From assembly GCA_001643675.2 (NCBI GenBank), contig LSRY02000004.1:1426001-1490000 (forward strand): a DNA stretch of 64,000 bases. The letters are read 5' to 3'. The translations under genes and the position numbers were made by a program. The notes under the pieces were generated by a model, which saw nothing but the letters and a program-made list of their open reading frames with translations, had not been told where the DNA came from and did not search any database. Positions 25,403-39,350 of the stretch are shown here, piece by piece; positions within the stretch are counted from its first letter, which is position 1, and each line of letters opens with the position of its first letter. Source of the stretch: Monocercomonoides exilis PA203. Its lineage: Eukaryota; Protista; Preaxostyla.

Positions 25403-27512
25403 TCATCTTCCATTGCTGCGAGATGCAGAACGAGCCGATGATAATTTCTTCTTTCTCTTTTTCATTGAAAGTGGTACAGTCTGCTGGGTAGATGACGACT
25501 CCTGCTCTGTTTTGCTTTCAATCTTTTCATTTTTCTCATTTTTCTCATTCTTATTGGTTTTGTTATGTTCTTTGTCTTCTTTAACGTTTTCTCCCTTTGC
25601 TTCGTTCTCGTTCGCTTTCTTCTTTTTCATTGCTTCCTCATAAAGCTGCTTTTCATGGAGGAGGTTTGTCCTTCGCTCTTCTTCCATGCGAATCATCTCA
25701 TCCAAATCAAACGTCTCCATCTGCTTTTCTTCTCCCTTCGATTTCTTCTCGTTGTGACTTGCTTTATCTTCACTACTCACTTCTCTTGCAACCTGTGCAT
25801 TCTTCTGATGGTTTCCCTGTTCTTTTTCGATAGCATTTTCAACAGTATCTTTCTTTCTTGCGGTGGAATTTTCAGCTTTTTCAGAAGCAGACCGAGTTCC
25901 GTTTTCTTCTTCCTCTCTCTTTTTGACTGCCTTCATCAGCTCTTCTTTCGCAGCTTCCAGTTCTCTATTCCGTTCTGCCCGCTTTTGCCTCGTCTGCTCC
26001 TTTCTCATTCGCATCTCCTCCTCTTCCTTGTCGTCTCTGTATATCCTCACATACTTTCGCTGTTTTTTGCCATCGCTTTGCTTCGTACCAGACTCCAAGT
26101 ACTCTTTCTTGCGAGGAGAAGCCGTCTTAATCCTCAGCCGGATCTTTCGTGTCTCTGCTTCATAGTTCGCCCACTGTGTGTTCCGTATGTTCTGCGACGT
26201 GATTAGCTCCTTCGACACTCTCTTCTGGCTCTCTTGCTTCGCAATCTCATTGTCTCTTTTCTGCTGCATTTCTTCCTCTTTGATTCGGTTCCGTTCTTTT
26301 TCTTTCTCCTCTTCTCTTCTTCTTGCTCTCTCTTTCTTAATCCATTCTTCCGTTTTTCCTTCTTCTTCCCTTCTTCTTTCCTCCATTTTTTCCTCTTCTC
26401 GTTCTCTTTCCAACTTTCTCTTGGCTTTTTCACTGAAATCCCAAAATGTCCGCTGCACAGATGAGTTCATCACCATCTTCTTCAATCTGTCCCTCTCTGC
26501 TTTATCTATCCCTGTCGTATAGTGGATGCCCAACGGCGACTCGCCATAGAAAACACGCTCGTCTCTTACCGATTCGCATTTGGAGCACAAAGCATCCACA
26601 TCATGAAAATAGTCTTTTGGACGTGATCCCAAGGGCTTTGGTCGGCTAAATGAATAAAAATAACCGCCAATAGCATGTTTTCAATCAATGAAAGACAAAA
26701 TTTTGAATAGTTTATTAATTTACAAAACAGAAACAAATTTACTCCTCAAACTCATAAAATCGAATATAGTTGTGTGACCACATGAACAATACAGGGAGTC
26801 TTTCAAGATCATCACTTGTCCACAGAACAACATCTTCGTCTTTTGGAAGCCTGTGTAAAACAAAAAGATTTTGAATTTGAAAGTTTATTAATTTTTGTGA
26901 TAATTTCTTTGGTTCTTTTATGCTTAACAATTATACCATTGAATCAACTTTTTTCCGTCTACAGTCATGTTTGTCAATGCCCATGTTCTATGATCCATTA
27001 AATAATTCCTTCTGATCTTTGGCATGTGTGTTTCAAATTCCTGACAACATTTTGCACAATTCCCTGACTATTTTTTTACAAGTGAAAGATTAAAAACCAC
27101 AAAAAAAGAATAAAAACAAGAAAATAAAAATGAAAATCAGGTACCAAATCAAGGCAAACCTCATTTATATGTGCAGCTGTAAATAACCCAGTAGTGAGGT
27201 TAACTGTTGTGATTATCACCCCGTTTCCGTCAAAAAACTCTTTTATTCATTTAACGTTATACAAAACAAAAGAACAATTCAAATATTTATGCATACCTTT
27301 TATCAAGCGTAAGGCTTGCTTTTCCCAATCGAGTTCTATAAAACCTTCGTCCCATTCGTTATCAAGGGCTATAATTAGAACATTAACATTTTTCGCATAT
27401 AACGAACAAGCAAACCAGAATAAATGTATACGCGTCCTTCAAAACTATCTGGAAGCAGTCTTGCTATAATGCTCTCGGAATTACTTATAAGTAACAGAAG
27501 AAAAATAATCAT
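25403..27512 (-). CDS. Hypothetical protein: signal-peptide-like N-terminus, small Cys-containing domain, long charged coiled-coil tail (multi-exon)
   Basis: MIIFLLLLISNSES start, short exons (GNCAKCCQEF.., LPKDEDVVLW..) and a 409-codon E/K/R-rich last exon. Confidence 0.55.
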
Positions 27513-27675
27513 CCAACATTCAATGATCACTTCTTTGTTTCTTTTTGTTGTTATTTCAATTGAATGAACTGTTTTACAAACAACTCGTTATCATTCTGGA
27601 AATAATGATAAAAAAAGAATATGAAACCCATAAGTAATTCATTAACATTTTGTTTGTGGCTTTTACATTTGCCCA

Positions 27676-28500
<825 letters not shown>

Positions 28501-29089
28501 AATCATTCATACTTTCTTTTTTTAAAATTCCATAAATCATGAAAAGGCTGTTATTTATTGTGGATGCGTTAACATTTCGTCATTAGCTTATGTTTAATTT
28601 TCAGTTTTCGTAAAGTCGGTGTTTTTGGGTTATGCAAAAACATTAAAATGACTTTTGCATTGCTGCTTCTGACTTGACGTTGTGAAATTCATTTCTTAAT
28701 AATTTTTTCTATTTTTTATGTTTATATTTATCATTTCAACATAACATTTATTTATTCATTCTCTAAATATCGTTTAAACTCTCATTTCAGATGAGTTGTC
28801 TAATTGTCGCTGTTCTGAAATTTTCTTAGTTTTGTTTCAAATTTCTAATAAATTAAATCATTCTTTTGAGTTATAACACATTGTTAAAAATCCTAATACT
28901 TGAAAAAAGAAAAAACTTAATTAAAATGTAATGATAACTGAAAAAAGTCATAAAGAAAAATAGAAACTCAAAAATATCATTAAAATACACATAAAAAGCC
29001 AATTTCATAATAATAACAACCAAAGACAAGAATAATGAGGACCAAGGTGTTTTATCTCTCGTTTGTGTGTGGCAACTCATCTTTTCAAG

Positions 29090-31438
29090 TCATTTGGTCA
29101 ACTCATAAATTGGGAAAATCCAACTTTCTTTCCCTTTCTTCTCCATTGCAGCTAGAAAGTTGTCAATGGACTCGTAAAAAGTCTTGACCCTCTCTTGAAG
29201 CACAAGATGGAGGGTAAAACTCTCCTTTTGCGCTTTTCTATCTCTTCTCGAACGGGATTCACCAGCACGTTGATAGTCTCCTTCCTCTTCGCTCGATTCC
29301 TCGTCTGCATCATACTCAGCAAAATCAGCATCACCGTCTTTTTCACCAAATGAGGAAGAACGGTATCCAGATTGCTTCGAATATCTTGTCTTCGACATTC
29401 CATTAGAAGCACCAAGACGAGATTTCACATAGCCAAATTTCGCTTCTGCACCCATTTCGCTGTCAGACTGCTCAAAATAACAAGGAAACAAGTCTGACTC
29501 ATACTCACGGCATTCTCTTTCTGTCTTCCCAGAAAGCATCCCAAGCACATCGAACTTCACAAAGCGTGAGGGGCATTTCCCTTGTCTGCGCTCGCTTTCA
29601 CCTCGTTTTTGCTCAGGCATCGCCGAAAGCACAAACAGAAGATGGATGATGCAAAGAGGGTTGAGCTCAATCAGCTGCGATTTGGTCAACGTTCCTGAGG
29701 AAGATGATGACGCAGCAGAAGGAGACGACACTGAAGAAGCAGCAGAAGCTTCATATGGAAAAGCAGATTGCGAAACAGCATCAAACGAGCAATCCTTTGA
29801 ATCCCAGAACGGCGATGCTGAATCAATTGGCGACATTTTTGGTCGCTTTGCCCCCACATTAATAAAAGATTGTCCTTCAGCCGCGTCAAATGCAAATGAA
29901 CCATCCTTCTGCTCCATCATGCTTCTGCTAGCCTTTGCAGGCACCTCCCATCCACTTTCAGAGTTGTTTTTCTCAAATCCGTCATTTTCAGCAGTAAGAA
30001 AAGGCAGCGTCAGCTCCTTCACATTTTTCAAGGTGCCAATAATTTTCAAGGAGCTCTGGTTTCGACGGGGAAGCTTTCCTCCTCCTCTCTGCTCGTCATC
30101 TGGAAGCATTTCATCCAACTCTGCTGAAATGCACCGCATATCTGGCTTTCGAGGATCCCCTGTGATGTTTGGCAGGCGCTGACAGAGAGAAACGTGCTTG
30201 TGCGTGATGAAAAAAGTAAGAGACTGGACTGAATGTGGCTTAATGTTCAGCTGATACACGTGAAAGATAGAAGTTAGCAGCGTTCGGCTTGGTGCAGGCG
30301 ACAGCTGCTGCGAAACGCAAGGTGATGCTGATCCTGGAACACCTGTGCACTGATCTACACTTCCAATCATTGAATTTTTATCGTTGAACAATGCACATCT
30401 TTTCTCAAAATTGGATGAACAATTCAAATCTCCGTATTTTAGATCGTTAATTGAAACTTTGCTTCCTTTCAATTTTAATCCAACTCTTTTCCAAAGATCA
30501 ACGTCCCACTTTTCTGTTTTTTGCGCGTCTCTTAGCAACAACTGAATGTTCAAAAACCCAGGCTGAAAAGTCATCTTTGCTTCGTTCATTTCAAACTGAA
30601 GTCCAGAAGGTAATATAAGTCCAGAAACTCGAAGGGACGTATGAGTGTTTGCTTTTAGAAGTTTGGATCTTTGAGTAATTGGCTCGTAATTCTTGAGTCG
30701 AGGCACATTTTTACTTTGTGCTTGCGAATCTTTCTGTAATTGAGAAGTGTCTCTTTCAACTTTATTATCCAATAAGTCAATACGGTTCATTTCAACTGGT
30801 AGTGACAAAGGATTTTCTTTCGATTCTGGAGACGAAATAATAACTTGTTGAGGAAGAGGAGATTGATTCGAGTGTAATGAAAATGGAGACATTCGCGCAA
30901 GCTGAGGAGGAAGCGGTATTTGACGGGGTTGAGAAGAAGAAACGGACACTGGAGAAGTCGAAGATTGTAGAAGTGACATCAATGGGGGAACAGTTTTTGA
31001 TTCCTCTGGCTGTTCAGTGTTTGATACAAAAGAAACGCCTGTGATAGGTCTAGACACTTCAGACAAGAGGGGAATGAGCTCATCTTCACTTCCCGCAGAT
31101 GCAAGAGTGGGTACCGTAAACACAGGTGTTCTTGATCTGTCATTTTCAAGTAAATCCATATTCAAGTCATAATGCAAATATTCGCCGCCACATTCTTTAT
31201 AAATTGAATTGGAATTACAAGTTGAAGTTGCAGGAAGATGATGTTGAGTCCATTCAATTTGCTTTGCCAGATGATTTTTTTCAACTGGTGGATATCCATT
31301 TAAAGAAGTATCCATCTCACAAGCCAAAGAAGACATTAATTCATCATAAGATACCTCATTAAATTGGAAAAAATCATCTGGCTGCAAAACTCCATCTTGT
31401 TTAAATTCGTCTAAACCATCAAAAGGCCAAATAGTCAT
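29090..31438 (-). CDS. Hypothetical 782-aa protein (intronless)
   Basis: Long ORF with ATG start and normal composition; no recognised domain. Confidence 0.75.
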   Translation of the reverse strand: MTIWPFDGLDEFKQDGVLQPDDFFQFNEVSYDELMSSLACEMDTSLNGYPPVEKNHLAKQIEWTQHHLPATSTCNSNSIYKECGGEYLHYDLNMDLLENDRSRTPVFTVPTLASAGSEDELIPLLSEVSRPITGVSFVSNTEQPEESKTVPPLMSLLQSSTSPVSVSSSQPRQIPLPPQLARMSPFSLHSNQSPLPQQVIISSPESKENPLSLPVEMNRIDLLDNKVERDTSQLQKDSQAQSKNVPRLKNYEPITQRSKLLKANTHTSLRVSGLILPSGLQFEMNEAKMTFQPGFLNIQLLLRDAQKTEKWDVDLWKRVGLKLKGSKVSINDLKYGDLNCSSNFEKRCALFNDKNSMIGSVDQCTGVPGSASPCVSQQLSPAPSRTLLTSIFHVYQLNIKPHSVQSLTFFITHKHVSLCQRLPNITGDPRKPDMRCISAELDEMLPDDEQRGGGKLPRRNQSSLKIIGTLKNVKELTLPFLTAENDGFEKNNSESGWEVPAKASRSMMEQKDGSFAFDAAEGQSFINVGAKRPKMSPIDSASPFWDSKDCSFDAVSQSAFPYEASAASSVSSPSAASSSSSGTLTKSQLIELNPLCIIHLLFVLSAMPEQKRGESERRQGKCPSRFVKFDVLGMLSGKTERECREYESDLFPCYFEQSDSEMGAEAKFGYVKSRLGASNGMSKTRYSKQSGYRSSSFGEKDGDADFAEYDADEESSEEEGDYQRAGESRSRRDRKAQKESFTLHLVLQERVKTFYESIDNFLAAMEKKGKESWIFPIYELTK

Positions 31439-31782
31439 TCAAGTTATAAACAGTGTCAGCGTTGCTTTTATTATGGTAATATTAATTTTTTGCTGAAATT
31501 AATTTTAATGGGATAAGAACAGTTTTTATTTTTTGAAATATTGTTATCGTTTGCCTATTTTAATTCCTGATAATCTTATTCAATTTTTTTGTTCTTCGAG
31601 ATTTTTTTTAATGAAGTTATTGACAAAAAACTGAAATTTTCCGATAATATAGAACACAATTCAATCAAGAATGTTTCTTTTCATTGAAAACAACATTCAA
31701 TTTTATGGTTCTTCAATCTTTCTAACTCACATTTACGTTTTTCTTTGTTCGGACTATTTTTGAAAATTATCATTGATTATTT

Positions 31783-32050
31783 GGGGGAAAATACGGATTT
31801 TCAAGCTTCTTTTGCTCTTGGTATTGAAAAACTGCTTCACTCATAACTTTATTTCGCTTTCTCAGATTTCAGAATAAATTTGATTTTCATATCTGAAAAC
31901 AGGCATCATTGAAATTATAACATGAAGTTTTGTGCCATTCTGCGAATGTCAAAAAATGGACCCTATTTTATTGTGTTTTTTGTACTAAGAAAATCATTGA
32001 AATGTGGATAACATTTCAATGAAAATGCCTGAAGTTAAATGTTTTTCCCC
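31783..32050. mobile_element. MITE family C (268 bp)
   Basis: GGGGGAAAATAC...GTTTTTCCCC with ATTT TSD; homologous to 32260-32769. Confidence 0.8.
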
Positions 32051-32259
32051 ATTTATCTTTGATAATAACAGGTTAAACATTAATTCTCTATTATATATTT
32101 TTTTATTTTATTCAATTTCCTTGAAGAGAAGAAAAATGGAATGATTTGTTCCAAACTTTTTCTGAAATCGAATTATAGTTTGTCTCACATTCTTTTGTAT
32201 TATTTTTTATAGAAATTTGGCATTTGCATGATTTAAAGTTGCAATTTAATAAATAATGT

Positions 32260-32769
32260 GGGGGAAAATACGGACTTTCAAGCTTTTTTGCACAAAGCAA
32301 TAAATAGTTGTTTCGCTCATAACTTTATGAATCTTTCTCAGATTAGAAAATAAATTGGGTTTTCATATCTGCAAACAGGGATATATAATTGCGTAACATA
32401 ATGTTTTGTGACATCACATGTATTTCAAAAAATGAACCCAATTTATTTGTATTTTTTGTTCAGAAAAAGTTAATAAAAAGTGCATATGGGTAATTCTTTT
32501 TGAAAAGTCTCAAATGTTTATTTTTCAAATAAATCAAAATATTCATTTTTGGCTCAAATTTTCGTTTCCACTTACGAATCTTCTAAAGTATTCATGAAAT
32601 GGCATTATCCAGAAATAGATTCCATTTTGGTGAAATTTTGTGCATGTTACAAAAATTTGAGTTAAATATGAAATTTTTGATTTATTTGAAAAATAAACAT
32701 TTGCGACTTTTCAAAAAGAATTACACATATTTTTTCAAAGAAAATCTCTGAAGTCTAATATTTTGTCCC
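32260..32769. mobile_element. MITE family C, interrupted by a family B MITE
   Basis: GGGGGAAAATACGG...TTTTGTCCC with ATGT TSD; 267 bp once the nested element and one TSD copy are removed. Confidence 0.8.
32488..32726. mobile_element. MITE family B, second copy
   Basis: Colinear with 12044-12283; imperfect long TIRs; ATAT TSD. Confidence 0.88.
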
Positions 32770-33447
32770 ATGTTTTTGTAAAGTTATTATTTAATCTCTC
32801 AAATTTATTCGAGAATCAATACATTATTGTTGACATATTCACTTTTTTTATTTCACCTCAATTTTTTTTTATAAAGACTCATATTTCTCGACAAGTTTCT
32901 AAATCTTTATAATCATAATTCATGCAGTCACACATCAGCATCTTGTACATCTGTCCGTTAATAAAATTTTAATATTTATGTTGTCATTATGAAGAAATAG
33001 ATCAAAATATTTCAATTCACACATATCATTGTAAAATTATTCACAGTGGATGAACAAATTGAAATCAAAAAATTCAAATAAATTAGATTATTTTTTAAAA
33101 TAGCGAAAGTTCTCAGACATAATGTTGTGATATCAGTGATATCTGTTTACAGACATGAAAATCTTATATTTTTTTAGAAATCGGAAATAGTTTTTGAAAG
33201 CATGAGATAAACAAAGATCTATCAATTTGTGCCTAAAAAAATTTGAAAGCTCGCATTAACGATTAATTGAATTAAGAAAATAAAAGTGAATAGTTAACAA
33301 TATCTGATTCACTGAAGTCAATTCAACACAAAGAAAAAATTGTACAAAAATTTGAAATTTTTTAATGTGACTTTTCCTTGAAGAAGATATAATAGAAAAA
33401 TTGTTTATTTTGAAAGAAGTTTCAATGGCGATAACAACAAAATGTTT

Positions 33448-33448
33448 T

Positions 33449-33479
<31 letters not shown>

Positions 33480-33491
33480 AACAACAACAAC

Positions 33492-33522
<31 letters not shown>
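33448..33522. repeat. Compound microsatellite (CA)n(CAA)n(TA)n; the TA run resumes at 53977
   Basis: Seen directly; the split MITE sits inside the (TA)n tract. Confidence 0.9.
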
Positions 33523-34389
33523 GGGTGATTATTTTTGAAATCATATTTCTTCATTCAAAAATTTCGGCGCAAAAATATTTCTTGAATATCAACAAAAGAA
33601 CGATGAAAAGTGAAAAGCCTTATTGAACACATGGGTGATTTTTTTTGATATCATAAAAAAAGATCAAAAAATGAAAAAATTAATTCTATTGTGGTAATTT
33701 TTGATCAATGAGTCAAATTGATTTTTATTAAGTATTTAGCTTTTATTTCTGTCATATATATTTGTTTTATTCATTAATGAGAAAAAAGACATACCTTTTT
33801 GATGTTTTTGTGGAAAAGAATTTTTTTGATCAAGTGAAATAAAAATGAACCAAAAACTAATAAATAAAACTTCAAAAAAAAAAAAAAATAGAAGTTTCAA
33901 GATTTACTGAACAATACCGATAATTGGAAAATAATATTTAAAGAACTTTAAAAAATGCAACAAATTTGGAATTTTTATTTTTCCGTTGAAAAAGCAATGT
34001 GCTTTTCATTAATCTATCTGAAACCTCATCAAAATATTCCAGTATCTGCTGATCAGCCCAACAGACTAAGTAAATATCGTTTCAAAAAATAAATGAGTTA
34101 CAATAATTAATGATAACAACTTACATAAACTCTTCTTTTTCTCTTAATTCTTCATATTACATTTCCATTCAGATTCTTTCTTATCCTCCATTCATTTTTC
34201 TTCAGTTTCTGCTCTCCTTCATCTTAATTCCTTATTTGAAAATGCAACTCATATTGTCTTCTTTTATCTCCAACACTTTTATCTCCAATAATCTCATGGC
34301 ATCCTTTTATCTCTTCTTTCACGAAAAAATAACTTGTAAAGCTTTTTCTGTTATTTCTTTTTGTACAATTTCTTTTCTTTCTTCTTCTT

Positions 34390-37300
34390 TCAGCCAACTC
34401 CCTCTTCCTCAACCACATCTTCATCACCAGTCTCACTTTTCACAACCCCAGCATATTCCACCTCACTTCCCTCACAGTACCCCTTCTCCTTCAACTCCTT
34501 CAACATCTCCAACTGTTTCATTAGCAGCGTCATCTTGGAATACAGAAACAAGCAAACTTCCTCACGTGACATGTTTTCTTTGACGTAAAGATCAGCCAGT
34601 TCTGTGTGATCGAAGAGGTGAACGAAGGAAGAAAAAGAAGGAAGAAGAAGAAAAAGAAGGAAGAAGAAGAAAAAGAAGGAAGAGTAAGAGATAGAGGAAG
34701 AGTAAGAGGAAGAAGAAGAAGAGTAAGAGGAAGAAGAAGAAGAGTAAGAGGAAGAAGAAGAGAAGAAGAAGGGCGATGCTGCAACCTCTGTGCAGAGAGC
34801 CTTCTTCTTGCAGTGGTTGGTGTCTGTGCAGGAGAATCGAGTGGAGACGAAGGAGAATACGACAGAAGCACACGGACAGGCGCAGAAGGCGTTGAATTCA
34901 ATGAATTAGACAGGGAAGTGCGGTCAGATGGAGGCAGAGAGGAGGTGGATGTGATGTTTGTGTTGATGTGATTGTCAGATGAATGCGATGTGAAGGAAGA
35001 GCAGCTGCTGGCTGAGAGCTCAATCGCTCCTGCTGATTGTAAGTGTGGGGTGGTGCTTCTCAAATGAGATGATGATGATGATGATGATGAAGAGAAAGAA
35101 TTTGAATAAGAAGAAGAAGAAGAAACAACCGAAGAAGCAGTTGAAATGACTGTTTGTGGTTCATTTATTTCTTGTTCTTGTTTCTCTCTTTCTGCTTCTG
35201 CTCCTGTTTTCTTCACCCCATTTCCTTCTTCTTTGAACTTGGCACTCTCCTTCGCTTTTTCCTCCTCCATCATTCGATACACCCTCAGCTCATTCATCCT
35301 CTTCTGCTTCATCCGTTCCTCTCGAACTTCTTCTTCTTCCTCCTCTTCTTCTTCTCCTCCTCTTCCTTCTTCTCCTCCTTCCTCATTCGCCTTCTCCTTC
35401 TCCTTCTCCTTCTCCTTCTCCTTCTCCCTGTTCCTTCCTCTCTCGTTGTTCATCATCATGCCCCATCGTCTCTTCTCCTTCTTCTTCCCCACAACTTTCT
35501 CTGCATAGCTGTCAAACCGGTAAACTTCCACCAGCTCCTGCTTCCTCTGCGGTATGTGCTCAACTCGTGCCTGCTCAGCATCATCATTCACGTGGTCTCC
35601 TTGAATGAGTGAGAAATCGAGTGGAAGAGGTGGAATATACTCAAGGGGTTGTTTGGATCCTTCAACTGAAGAGGAAAAAGAAGAGGAAAAAGAAGAGGAA
35701 AAAGAAGAGGAAGAAGAAGAGGAAGAAGAAGTCTTTGAAATATCTGCTTGTATCGTCACTTTGGTCGGCACCAAACTTGATCTTGTGTTTGCGTGCAAAC
35801 CTTCTCCATGACTGTTGTTCTGCTGCTGATGAGCACGATAAGAGGAAGAGGTGGAAGAAGAAGAAGAAGAAGGATACTGCTGGCTTGACTGCCCAGCTAA
35901 TCTGCGTGACTTGGTGAGTGACTGTGCTGTAGATGAAGGGCGAGGTGGATATGCATGCAGAGCAACTGTGGTGGTGGTTGTGGCAGAGGAGCCAGAAGAG
36001 ACAGAACTGGAGTTGTAAGGGTGTATTGAAAAAGAAGTGATAGAAGAAGCAGGAGAAGAAGAAGAAGAGGAGGAGGAGGAAGCTGAATACAATCTGGCAG
36101 ACTCCACACGTGTGGGCGACAGATACACCCTGTCTCCGTTCTGCAGCTGGGCTGGTGAGTTGATTGTGCTGTACCTGCCATTCACACCAGGAGAAATAGC
36201 AGAAGCATTCGAAGAAGAAGAAGAATAAGAAGAGGAAGAAGAAGAAGAAGATGATGATGAATTCATTGTTCCTATTGAAGTCCTTCGAGCGTTCCTTGAC
36301 GACGCAAAAGTGCTCCCAGCGCGGGACGAGCCAGGGGGAACAGCTGCAGACGAAGGCTGATAGAAAGAAGGTGTGGAGACAGCAGGCAAAGCGTGTGTTT
36401 GTGTGTCGCAGAACGTGGTGGCTGGAAAAGAAGGCTGGCGACACGCACTCGAAAGCGATTTAGGCACAGTTCTGTCACCATCATTGGATTTTTCTCTTTC
36501 TCTTTCATTTTCTCTTTCTCTCTTTCTTTCTCTTGAAGAATCATTACTTCTCCCTCTTTTCCCCACTGCGTATCGGAACGACCGCTCCATCACAACCACT
36601 GCCCCATCAGCTGCATTTGTGTCTGTCTGTAGTTGTTCATTCACCTCTTCCTCTTCTCCTTCTCTTCCTTCCCTTTCTCCTTCTCATTCTTCTTCCTCTC
36701 TAACATCTGCATTAAACTCCCCTTCCTTTCCTCTTTCACCAAATCCTTCATGTGCCCCTGTCAAGTTGTGCATCATTAGATTCGCCTTCGACGACGAAAA
36801 CCGCAGCGCCGGTGACAAAATCGGTGGATAGCTCTCTTGTTGCTCTGTCTGCTCTGACTGCTCGGCTGCTTCATTTGAATTCTCGTTCACTCCAATTCGA
36901 CGGTCACTGAAAAGCGGCTCTTCATCAAAGCTATCTTTTGAACCATTTGTCTGATAGCGCGGAAAGCCAGATTCGAATCTCTCTCTGTCGTGAGAATTGT
37001 ATTCAATTTCGTCTTGCTCGTTTTCATGTTTTTCTTTCCTTCCCTCTCTCTGTTCCCCTCCTTCTCTTTCTTCTCCTTCTCCTTCCTCCTTCTTATTTTT
37101 CCTCATCTCCCTCAATTCTCTCTCTTTTCTCAAATATGCAATCTGTTCACTCATCGACATCAAATGAAATGGCTTCGGCTGGTTTGTCTCTCCTTGTGTG
37201 TTTTGCTTAGTCCCATTATTTACAGAGGAAGAAGCAGAAGTCGAAGAAGTAGATGAAGATGAAGAAGTTGTATTTGAAGAAGATGCTGTTTGTGCTGCTG

Positions 37301-37427
37301 CTCCAAACGCCGAAGATGTGCCACCTCCGCTCTGCTCCGCCTGTAGCCCCAGCGCCTCAATCCCTCTTTCTCCTCTAAACCTCCTCACCAGCCCCCCCCC
37401 CCCCCCCCCTCTCTCTCTCTCTCTCAT
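34390..37427 (-). pseudogene. Decayed Ser/Glu-rich host-like gene in the left arm
   Basis: ORFs 36684-37427 and 34530-36644 are in the same frame, separated by a single TGA (36684-86); the 3' end shifts into a poly-Leu reading of poly-Ser DNA, indicating a frameshift. Limits approximate. Confidence 0.6.
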
Positions 37428-38490
37428 TCACACTTCTCACTATTCCCAATGAGCTGCAACAAATATCTGCTTGTGAATCCACTCACAAAATGAAGAGGAA
37501 ACAGCGCATCGAGGCAAGCAGGAAGAACACAAAGTGGTATAACATTCAATCAATGAGGGGAAAAAAGTGAGAAGGCATAGAGAAGAAATGATGAAAGAAG
37601 ATCGATGATTGATGAGAAGCATTTTGTATGTGCTCTGATTGCATGCATCTGACGCAAATGAAAAGAATGGAGGCAACTCATTCGCCAGGCAGTGCATCTC
37701 GAGATTGCAATTGAAGAGATGGGTATATAACAGAGAAGATGCAGATATCCGGAAAGAAGAAGAGGAGGAGGAATTGCAGCAGAAGATATGTTTGATAGCC
37801 AAATGTGTGCTGCACAAACAGAAACGCCAAATTATCAACGTCAAGCTTGCTGTTTGCAAAAATTACAAATTGTTTCAAGAGCAAAATCCGAGTGAAGTTG
37901 GACAGAATGTTGTTCGACTGCCAACAAATATTTGATAATTGGATTTCTCGTTGTTGGCGTTTTTCCTTTCTTTTGAAGCAAAAGCGGTATCAGAAATAGA
38001 TTTTCGTTGCTTTCCATGTCTGCCCAGCACAGTCCGAGAAATAGGAAAGCCTTATAAATAAAACTGATATTTTGGGGTTCTCCTTTTTTCCCTTGAATTG
38101 TGGCTATTTTTTGTGATAAATATCCTTCTCTTGATGTTGCCAGCCACTTTCCTTTTCCAAAAATATCACAAACTGTTCCCCCTGCCTTATGCTTCCAAAA
38201 TGCTACATAATTTTGTGCAGATTTTGTCCTTCGCAGAATTCCATCCATAAATCTTCATTCAATAAAATAACAATTGAATTTGTATTCATCTCTTGTTCCA
38301 AATAAAAATCATGTATCTTGCGTAACTTCCTTTATATCCCAATTGCTATATAATAATATGTTCTATTCTCATCGTAATGCTCTCCAACGTGAAGATTTGC
38401 TATTTGACAGACAAGAAAAGTTCCTTTTCTTTGAAAAGGAAGCAAACAGAGCAGTTTTCCAATATAATGAAAAAATTGTAATATTATCAT

Positions 38491-38959
38491 AAACATTAAA
38501 AAATAGAAAGTATTAGCAAACCCGCAAAAAGTTGGAAAAGCAAGTGGTTTTAAAAAAATGAAAGAAACAAAACTCCAGCTTTAATCAGAACCATATCTTT
38601 TTGAATTTTTGAATATTTATTAAAAAAAAAACAAATATCAGAAAATTTTTGATTTTTTGTTTAATAGTTATTTATGTGATAAGAGTTAGAAAAATGTTTT
38701 TTCTGAATTTTAAAAACTTGTATTCATGGAAAAAACTTCTGTTTTCCGCTTCAAACAATGAAGATGACAGAAGGATCAGAATCTCGATGCCACTTTTTTT
38801 TGTTCAAAATGGTTTATTTCATCGATTTAACTTCATCTATAACCAAAAAACTGCTTTTTGAAATCTGCAATTTTCGCCCTTTAGCGCGTAATTTTTTGAT
38901 CTTTTTGCCCTCGAAAAAAATAAAATATAGGGTCGGATCCTTTTTTTCATTCAAAATTG
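38491..38959 (+). repeat. Left copy of the 469-bp internal inverted repeat
   Basis: Reverse complement of 46483-46951; the spurious ORFs in both copies translate identically over the repeat. Confidence 0.95.
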
Positions 38960-39350
38960 ACAATGTTGAGAATAGTCGAATTTATAAAATTTGTAATTTA
39001 AAAATCGTAAACGGACAGTTAGCTTATAGAATTTCCGATATTAAATTTTATTTATTTTTTTAATAGCAATGTTAATGTTATTGATGTTTTCATATTTTTC
39101 ATTTTTTATTTTTATTTTAAATTATGATATGTTTTTTTGTAATTTTGAAGGATTTGTCATTTCATGAGAAATTTGTAATTCAAATAAAAAATATTTCATT
39201 CATTTTAAATGCTTTCTTGAGAAAACTGTTAAAAACAAACTGAAAATATCAAGAGAGGGAGTGAGAAAATTGAAAAAAGAAAAATTCTAAAATAAAAATC
39301 GTTAGGAAAAAAAAAGTAAAAATTAAAGCAAAAATAAACAAAGAACAAAA

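Noticed and set aside
37440-38490. Possible retroelement (RT/RNase H) remnant next to the left inverted repeat
   Set aside because: No diagnostic motif found; only short broken ORFs.
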